From a virus, in the IMG/VR virus record IMGVR_UViG_3300005683_000016, positions 32,001 to 96,000 of that record: DNA of 64,000 bases. One strand, 5' to 3'. Below, piece by piece: positions 58,027 to 64,000 of this stretch. Both the position numbers and the translations under genes were made by a program. The notes beneath the pieces are model-generated. The model saw only the letters and a list, made by a program, of their open reading frames with translations. It was not told where the DNA came from and made no database searches. Within the stretch, counting starts at the first letter, position 1, and every line of letters begins with the position of its first letter.

Positions 58027-58973
58027 AAGATAAACGAGTATTAGTTACTGGAATAGGATCTATAGGATCTGAGGTTGTTCGACAAATTTGTTTTAATGGA
58101 GCAGATACTGTTATTCTATTTGATAGAAACGAGGAGAAAATCTTTTACCTTGAAAGAGAGATCAATAAAGACTATCCTAATATCAAAGTAATCCCTCGAA
58201 TAGGATCAATTACTGACAAGAAGAGAGTGGATATGATATTTGAGGAAACTCGGCCTCAAATAGTTATTCACACAGCAGCAATGAAACACGTTCCCCTTTG
58301 TGAGGAAAACCCTCACGAATGTATTATTAATAACGTAGGAGGAACTAAAAACTTAGTTGAAGTTTCAGTTAAATACAATGTGGAGCAATTCTTTTTCATC
58401 TCTACAGATAAGGCAGTGCAACCCATATCTGTAATGGGTATGAGTAAACGGTTATGTGAGTTATTTATTATGTCTATTTGGGACAGATACTTAACTAAAT
58501 TTACTATTGTAAGATTTGGTAATGTATATGGATCAAGTGGTAGTGTAATTGAAATATTTAAAAAACAACTTCCCACAGGAGTTCTTACAGTAACTCATCC
58601 AGAAATGGAACGTTACTTTATTAGTGTAGAAGAAGCAGTTTACAAGTTGATTAGAATTAAAGAGTCTGGACTATATGTTCTCAATATGGGAAAACCAGTA
58701 AATATTTTCAATCTTGCTAATCAACTAATAGAAGCATCTGGTAAACCCTGTAAAATAGAAATTACTGGAATAAGGCCCGGTGAAAAACTTAAAGAAAAAC
58801 TTTTGTATAATTATGAAGTTTCCAACAATAATAAAGATGTAATGCGAATAGCAAACACATATCCTTTTAATAAAGGAGATGATTATTTAAACATCTGTCT
58901 TCTAATAAATGATTGTGATAATATGAGTAAAGAAAACCTATTGATTGAAATAGACGAGATTATCAATGGATAA
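58023..58973 (+). CDS. CapD/PglF-like UDP-sugar 4,6-dehydratase (Polysacc_synt_2)
   Basis: VLVTG.GSIGSE, HTAAMKHVP, ISTDKAV.P...MG.SK, VRFGNV.GSSGSV, G.RPGEKL.E. Confidence 0.92.
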   Translation: MKDKRVLVTGIGSIGSEVVRQICFNGADTVILFDRNEEKIFYLEREINKDYPNIKVIPRIGSITDKKRVDMIFEETRPQIVIHTAAMKHVPLCEENPHECIINNVGGTKNLVEVSVKYNVEQFFFISTDKAVQPISVMGMSKRLCELFIMSIWDRYLTKFTIVRFGNVYGSSGSVIEIFKKQLPTGVLTVTHPEMERYFISVEEAVYKLIRIKESGLYVLNMGKPVNIFNLANQLIEASGKPCKIEITGIRPGEKLKEKLLYNYEVSNNNKDVMRIANTYPFNKGDDYLNICLLINDCDNMSKENLLIEIDEIING

Positions 58974-59110
58974 AGAAATTTTAATTCTGGCTGAAAGATT
59001 AGCAACAGTGACCCAACGTGTATTATCTGCTAATATATGTAACTTAAGTTACAGATTATTTGAATTAGAACAAGCATTAAACGAATACAATAAAATAATA
59101 GAAATAAGTA

Positions 59111-59683
59111 ATGAAAGCAAAAATCAGTAAAACTGGATATTGGGAAGGAGATAAAGCCCATATTCACCATGCGCATTCTAAAGAATTGGCAGAGTACATT
59201 ACCACTATTTTACGAGGTGCAGAAAACGATCCTATTTATGATTTAGGTTGTGGACAAGGATATTATCTTAAACACCTTGAAGACAACGGGTTTAAATATC
59301 TCCTCGGATTTGAGGGAGAAGTTCCTGCTAAAAAATTCTTTATCAATATTATTCAGCAAGATCTTGCTCAAGACTTAGATATTCCTGTTAAAGGACATGT
59401 CATTTGTCTTGAAGTTCTTGAGCATATTCCTCAAGAATATGAAAAAAAAGTCGTTAACAACATTAAAGATGCAATAGGATTAGATTGTCTGTTAATTCTT
59501 TCTTGGGCTGTAGAAGGTCAAGAGGGTTATGGACACGTTAACTGTCGTAACAATGATTATGTTATTGATTTGTTTGAGCGTAAAGGATTTAAATACTTAC
59601 CCTATCTTTCTAACAAAGCACGAGAATCAGTAGGTGATGATACTCCTTGGTTTCGTAACACTCTAATGATTTTTAAAAAATGA
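59111..59683 (+). CDS. Class I SAM-dependent methyltransferase
   Basis: YDLGCGQG, CLEVLEHI, GQ.G.GHVN, WF. Confidence 0.88.
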   Translation: MKAKISKTGYWEGDKAHIHHAHSKELAEYITTILRGAENDPIYDLGCGQGYYLKHLEDNGFKYLLGFEGEVPAKKFFINIIQQDLAQDLDIPVKGHVICLEVLEHIPQEYEKKVVNNIKDAIGLDCLLILSWAVEGQEGYGHVNCRNNDYVIDLFERKGFKYLPYLSNKARESVGDDTPWFRNTLMIFKK

Positions 59684-60267
59684 GATATTTAGCAAGACTG
59701 TTTAAGTTTCATTGGATGCTTTTTAGAAAGCATAATAAAAGCATCTGGAGTAGGGAGAGTGTTTCGGAGTTGAACATACCTATTCCTTGGTATACTTATG
59801 GAGCCATTTACTTCTTAATGAGGATAAATGCCGAGAATATATTTGAATACGGCTGTGGAAACTCTACTCTTTTTTGGAGTAAAAGATGTAAAAATCTTTA
59901 CTTTGTAGAGCACGATTCCAAATGGTTTGAAAAAATCATAGAAAAGTGTCCAAAAAACGTAGAGGGATACGAAACCTCTAATTTGAGTGTGGCTTATCCA
60001 AACTCGATCTCTATACCAGAGAAAAAGTTTGACATGATAATAATTGACGGAGAAGAAAGAATGAGATGTGCAGCGGTCTGTATTCCTTACCTTTCTGAAA
60101 ATGGAGTAATCGTTCTTGACAACTCCGACAGATTTCTCGAAGTATCTTTTTTCCTACAAGGAGAAGGATTTGTAGAAATTCCTTTTAAGGGTATTGGGCC
60201 TATCAATGAGTATGAGTGGACTACCAGTGTGTTTGTTAAGAACCTTAATTTATGGAAGATAGCATAA
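59680..60267 (+). CDS. Class I SAM-dependent methyltransferase
   Basis: PWYTY, FEYGCGNST, VEHD..W, IIIDG, IVLDNSDR. Confidence 0.88.
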   Translation: MRYLARLFKFHWMLFRKHNKSIWSRESVSELNIPIPWYTYGAIYFLMRINAENIFEYGCGNSTLFWSKRCKNLYFVEHDSKWFEKIIEKCPKNVEGYETSNLSVAYPNSISIPEKKFDMIIIDGEERMRCAAVCIPYLSENGVIVLDNSDRFLEVSFFLQGEGFVEIPFKGIGPINEYEWTTSVFVKNLNLWKIA

Positions 60268-60268
60268 T

Positions 60269-61912
60269 ATGTACAGAATTCTTGCTATAGGAAAGATGAA
60301 AGGAGGTTCGGTTTATCACAGACTGAACCTTCTAAAGTATTCTAACTATTCGGTAGACTTTGTTGATCAAATGGATATACAACTGGTTCAAAAGTATGAC
60401 CTTTTGTATATCCGTCAAAGTAATGTAAAGGCTGCTACTTTAAGTATGTGGCAGTCTTTGTTTGGACTTAAGATAATTGTAGATAGGGACGATTCTTTTA
60501 TTATTCCTAAAGATTACCCTAACAAACACTTGTTTAAAGATCAAGAAGATCTCAAAGATTTACTTAGAGTAGCAGATTGTGTAACTACTACTACGGAGTT
60601 CTTAAAGAAAGAATTCTTAGAATACAACGAGAACGTACAAGTGATTCCTAATCGAATCCCTTATGGGAGGGAACAGTTTCAGATTAACCCTGAAACCAAA
60701 GAGCAATTTATGTCTCGTAAGATTCGAGTAGGATTGGTGGGATCATTCTATCACCATCAAGATTGGTTTTCAATTAAGGGTTGGTTGATGACCCTTACGC
60801 GAAATCAGTGGTTTCGAGAAAATTGTGAGTTTTTGTTGTGTGGATATGACGAATCTACCAAACTATTCTGGAAAGATCTTGAATCTTTGGGAAGATTAGT
60901 TAACGCAAGAAAAGATGTTACTGACTATATAAGTCTTTATAACAATCTGGACATAATTCTCTGCCCTCTTAAAGATAATCACTTTAACAGAGCCAAGTCT
61001 TCACTTAGAATAATGGAGGCAGGAGTTTCTAACTCTTTGTGTCTATTGAGTCCTTTATACAAAGAGAAGGGAGATTTTCCTGACTGTGGACACATTTACA
61101 TTAACGAAGAGAAAGAATGGTTTACCAAAACTCTTGAAGTCTGTCAGAATAAAGAGTTGTTGTGGAACCTAAAGAGCGAAACTGGTGTAAAAGCAAGGGA
61201 AGTCCTTTTTACTAATACAATAGAATTGAGAGATTCTCTTATTGACTTTGTTATTTATCTTCCAAAAGATGAAATAACCAACAACCTTTACACTATCAGA
61301 TATTCTCAAGAACAACCTTATGAGTACATCCCCGTACTCAATAAGATCAAAACCGTTGAACAAAAGAGTTGGAGATTTGAGTACAATATTATCATCAACT
61401 TAATCAATGATGTTGATAATAACAAACAATGGACAGGGTTTTTCTCTTGGAAGTTTCCTATCAAGACTCATCTTTTTAGAAAGAAGGTAGAGAAAATCTT
61501 AGATGAGAAATACGACTGTATCAATTTTTGTAGACCTTTAAAAGATCCTTACTTAAAGTTTACAGAAAGAGCACATCCTGGATTTATGAATCTTTTTAAA
61601 TTGATTTGTAAAGACTTGAACCTTCCTGTGAGTGAACCTAAGAACATAATTTATTCTAATTTTTTTGTACTTAAAACTCCATTATATAAAAGGTACGTCC
61701 AAGAAGTTTTAATTCCTGCTCTCTATCTCTTAGAAGGTAAGTATTGGAACTGGGCAAACAAAGATGCTCAGTATAAATCAGGACTTCCTTCCGATAAACT
61801 TAAAATGTACACAGGGTTAGAATATTATAATTTTGTAACTTTTATCTGTGAACGTCTTATAGGACAGTGGATTGAGAAAAATAATATCAAAACATTAAAC
61901 TGTTTTAAATGA
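60269..61912 (+). CDS. GT-B (family 4-like) glycosyltransferase fused to a DUF4422-like domain
   Basis: DRDD, VTTTT..L, VIPN, PL.DN.FN.AKS.L...EAG; C-terminal GFFSWKF...YSNFFV...F..ERL. Confidence 0.8.
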   Translation: MYRILAIGKMKGGSVYHRLNLLKYSNYSVDFVDQMDIQLVQKYDLLYIRQSNVKAATLSMWQSLFGLKIIVDRDDSFIIPKDYPNKHLFKDQEDLKDLLRVADCVTTTTEFLKKEFLEYNENVQVIPNRIPYGREQFQINPETKEQFMSRKIRVGLVGSFYHHQDWFSIKGWLMTLTRNQWFRENCEFLLCGYDESTKLFWKDLESLGRLVNARKDVTDYISLYNNLDIILCPLKDNHFNRAKSSLRIMEAGVSNSLCLLSPLYKEKGDFPDCGHIYINEEKEWFTKTLEVCQNKELLWNLKSETGVKAREVLFTNTIELRDSLIDFVIYLPKDEITNNLYTIRYSQEQPYEYIPVLNKIKTVEQKSWRFEYNIIINLINDVDNNKQWTGFFSWKFPIKTHLFRKKVEKILDEKYDCINFCRPLKDPYLKFTERAHPGFMNLFKLICKDLNLPVSEPKNIIYSNFFVLKTPLYKRYVQEVLIPALYLLEGKYWNWANKDAQYKSGLPSDKLKMYTGLEYYNFVTFICERLIGQWIEKNNIKTLNCFK

Positions 61913-62554
61913 TAGGTAAATATACTGATGTTGAGTTTACATCTATATGTCAAAAAGCACCTTGGTATCATATAGATTACATTAAAAAAACTGCTGTTGT
62001 TCAATATGGGAAAAACACTTTAAACTATTATAAACAAGAATCGGATTATAATTGGACTAATTATGCGTGTAGAACAAAGTAAATTTACTATAAAAAAGAT
62101 AATTGAAGAGTTAGAAAAAAGACCCACCTTTTATCAGAAAAAAAAATTTTTAAAAGAACACAATTTTAAAATTTATCAAGGTTATAGTAGAGCAGTTATT
62201 CAGGTAAGTAAACATAAGGTTTTAAAAATAGCAAAAGACAACGAAGATGTTTTTCAGAATAGACAAGAAGTAGAAAATTGGGTTTACGGTACTAAAAAAC
62301 AACGCAAATATTTAGCAACAATTTATAGTTATGATAATAATTATAAATGGTTACTTATGGAGAAAGTAAAACCTTGTAAACGCAGTACTTCGGAAAAACT
62401 TATAAGAGAAAATAATAACTTACATAACATTTTTTGGCATGAATTAGACGCAGACCCTTGGGAAACAGTGCGTCAATGTGGTTTTAACAAAAGAGGAAAA
62501 CTAAAAGTATATGATTACGGTTATTAACTAACATATTAAACTGTTTTAAATGAT
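61894..62554. repeat. 20-bp direct repeat ATTAAACTGTTTTAAATGAT flanking a two-gene cassette
   Basis: Exact copies at 61894-61913 and 62535-62554. Confidence 0.85.
62063..62527 (+). CDS. Protein kinase-like protein
   Basis: G.SRAV, VLKIA, QN..E, LLMEK and a C-terminal DYG (DFG-like). Confidence 0.65.
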   Translation: MRVEQSKFTIKKIIEELEKRPTFYQKKKFLKEHNFKIYQGYSRAVIQVSKHKVLKIAKDNEDVFQNRQEVENWVYGTKKQRKYLATIYSYDNNYKWLLMEKVKPCKRSTSEKLIRENNNLHNIFWHELDADPWETVRQCGFNKRGKLKVYDYGY

Positions 62555-62777
62555 TGAACAAAAATTAGATTTTGAGCGCATCACTTTTTCTGATGAATTC
62601 AACACAGAAATAGCTGTTGGAATTGATTACCTTAGTAAAGAGGCTGAATTCATAACATCCAAAACGACATATAGAATACCTACTCACACAGGTACAATCT
62701 TAGCATTTAAACAAGAAATATCATTACTTTTAGTAGTAATCAAAACTGTTGAACAAAAATTAAATAATGTAGAATGA
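62550..62777 (+). CDS. Hypothetical protein
   Basis: 75-aa ORF. Confidence 0.55.
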   Translation: MIEQKLDFERITFSDEFNTEIAVGIDYLSKEAEFITSKTTYRIPTHTGTILAFKQEISLLLVVIKTVEQKLNNVE

Positions 62778-63253
62778 AAAAACTTTTCTTTTTAGTATTG
62801 CTCGTACCTTTTATTTCGTGTCAACCAGATACGATTTCTCGTCAAGTTGTAGTTCCTGCTACTCTTGAAACAGTTAAAACCCATCAAGAAGGGTTTAACG
62901 TAGTAACCACTCTACAACTTCTTAAAGATAGTGTATCTGTTTGGAGTAACTGTAAGATCGTTCAAGATGAGGTTATGTCTGATAAGACAGACTTCATTCA
63001 TAAAGTAGATCGTACAGTATGCTCTAAGTACGAAGGAATTTATTACGCTTACAAAGGTGTTCTTATTGCTGAAATGAACGGTACTCAGACTCCTTTGGAA
63101 ATCGTATTTATTTCCAAGTCCTTGCTCGGTAAAGAAGATTTGATTGATGACGGTATCGGAACTTATGTTAAAGTTCGTGCTGTTCAAGATTTTGAACTAA
63201 CAAATTGGCCTTCTAATACCAGTGATAAAATCTTTGTATATGAAGAAAATTAA
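62774..63253 (+). CDS. Putative lipoprotein
   Basis: MKKLFFLVLLVPFIS|C lipobox. Confidence 0.7.
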   Translation: MKKLFFLVLLVPFISCQPDTISRQVVVPATLETVKTHQEGFNVVTTLQLLKDSVSVWSNCKIVQDEVMSDKTDFIHKVDRTVCSKYEGIYYAYKGVLIAEMNGTQTPLEIVFISKSLLGKEDLIDDGIGTYVKVRAVQDFELTNWPSNTSDKIFVYEEN

Positions 63254-63416
63254 TTGGTTAAGAGTAAGTGCTTGGTGTATTGGATTGCTGTTGGTAGGAA
63301 TTTATATCAATGGCTGCACCAAGAAATACAAAGCAGAGAAAGAGCATCAAACTATTGATGCTAAAAAAGCATACAGAATTACTATTAAAAGGGCTATGAA
63401 TATGGCTCGAAAATAA
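63222..63416 (+). CDS. Small membrane/lipoprotein
   Basis: Hydrophobic stretch ending ING|C. Confidence 0.5.
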   Translation: MIKSLYMKKINWLRVSAWCIGLLLVGIYINGCTKKYKAEKEHQTIDAKKAYRITIKRAMNMARK

Positions 63417-63433
63417 AAAACAATTTTAATCCG

Positions 63434-64000
63434 ATGAAGAAACAGTTAATTGATATAGAGGTGTTTAGAAATTATTTCCTTTTAGGAATTAAAGATTACA
63501 ACACCAAACAATTAATAAGCATTGAGGTTTCTCCTTGGAAAGACGAGCGAGAAACCTTAATTAACTGGTTAAATACCAACAATGGATTTGTGATCTCATT
63601 TAACGGGATACATTATGATAACATGGTTCTTGCTTATATAAAGCAAGATTGGGATTTAATCAAATATCTGGATGCAGAAAATTTTTGCAATCAAATTAAA
63701 ATATTTTCTGATAAAGTAATTAATTCAGATTCTTATTGGGAAGAACTTAAGCCTTATAAGTATGTATTTTCTAAGCAATGGACAGATATAGACCTATATT
63801 TATATTGGGCACAGATGCTTAGAATGAGTAAAAAAATATCTCTTAAAGGTTTAGGAATTCAAATGGGTTATCCTGTTGTAATGGAACTTCCTTACGAACC
63901 AGAAACAATTCTAACTCAATCAGAATCTGAAGAGATTAAAATTTATAACCTTCAACACGATTTAGGTATTCTTGATTTACTTACTCTTCAATTTGAAGGT
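63434..64000 (+). CDS. Family B DNA polymerase, N-terminal exonuclease domain (partial)
   Basis: Open to the window end: IDIEVF.NYF (ExoI), SFNGIHYD (ExoII), SLK.L.I...ELPY, YN..D (ExoIII), as in crAss-like PolB. Confidence 0.8.
   Translation, partial: MKKQLIDIEVFRNYFLLGIKDYNTKQLISIEVSPWKDERETLINWLNTNNGFVISFNGIHYDNMVLAYIKQDWDLIKYLDAENFCNQIKIFSDKVINSDSYWEELKPYKYVFSKQWTDIDLYLYWAQMLRMSKKISLKGLGIQMGYPVVMELPYEPETILTQSESEEIKIYNLQHDLGILDLLTLQFEG

Overview
AT-rich segment of a large crAss-like (Crassvirales-type) bacteriophage infecting a Bacteroidota host, read in the standard genetic code. Host evidence is TAnnTTTG promoters, signal peptides cleaved before Gln, and DUF1573- and EAD11-like domains; a Saprospiraceae-like host is inference. 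The minus strand (1-41.9 kb) carries the late/structural module: tail stabilisation protein (partial), ring proteins, HU-like proteins, fibre-like paralogues, a ~3,476-aa repeat fibre protein, capsid-associated proteins, major capsid protein, portal, terminase, a PD-(D/E)XK nuclease and a RepL-like protein. The plus strand (42.1-64 kb) carries early/middle genes: an AcrIII-1-type ring nuclease, a DEDD exonuclease, an EAD11-like protein, two muramidases, a glycosylation/methylation cluster, a kinase-like gene and the start of a family-B DNA polymerase. Seven free-standing homing endonucleases are scattered across the window. Three things stand out. (i) An RNA-dense early region at 42.5-49.7 kb holds a type III hammerhead, a hatchet ribozyme with an expanded P4, two divergent copies of an unrecognised ~430-nt covarying RNA flanking a ~630-nt ornate RNA (all three end in the same 3' module), tRNA-Leu(UAA) and an aberrant tRNA-like element. 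(ii) A giant fibre-like protein and a partner lectin both carry Sec signal peptides, and the fibre is rich in Bacteroidota O-glycosylation sequons. (iii) Candidate anti-defence genes are present. All family calls come from motif recognition only; no database search or folding program was run.
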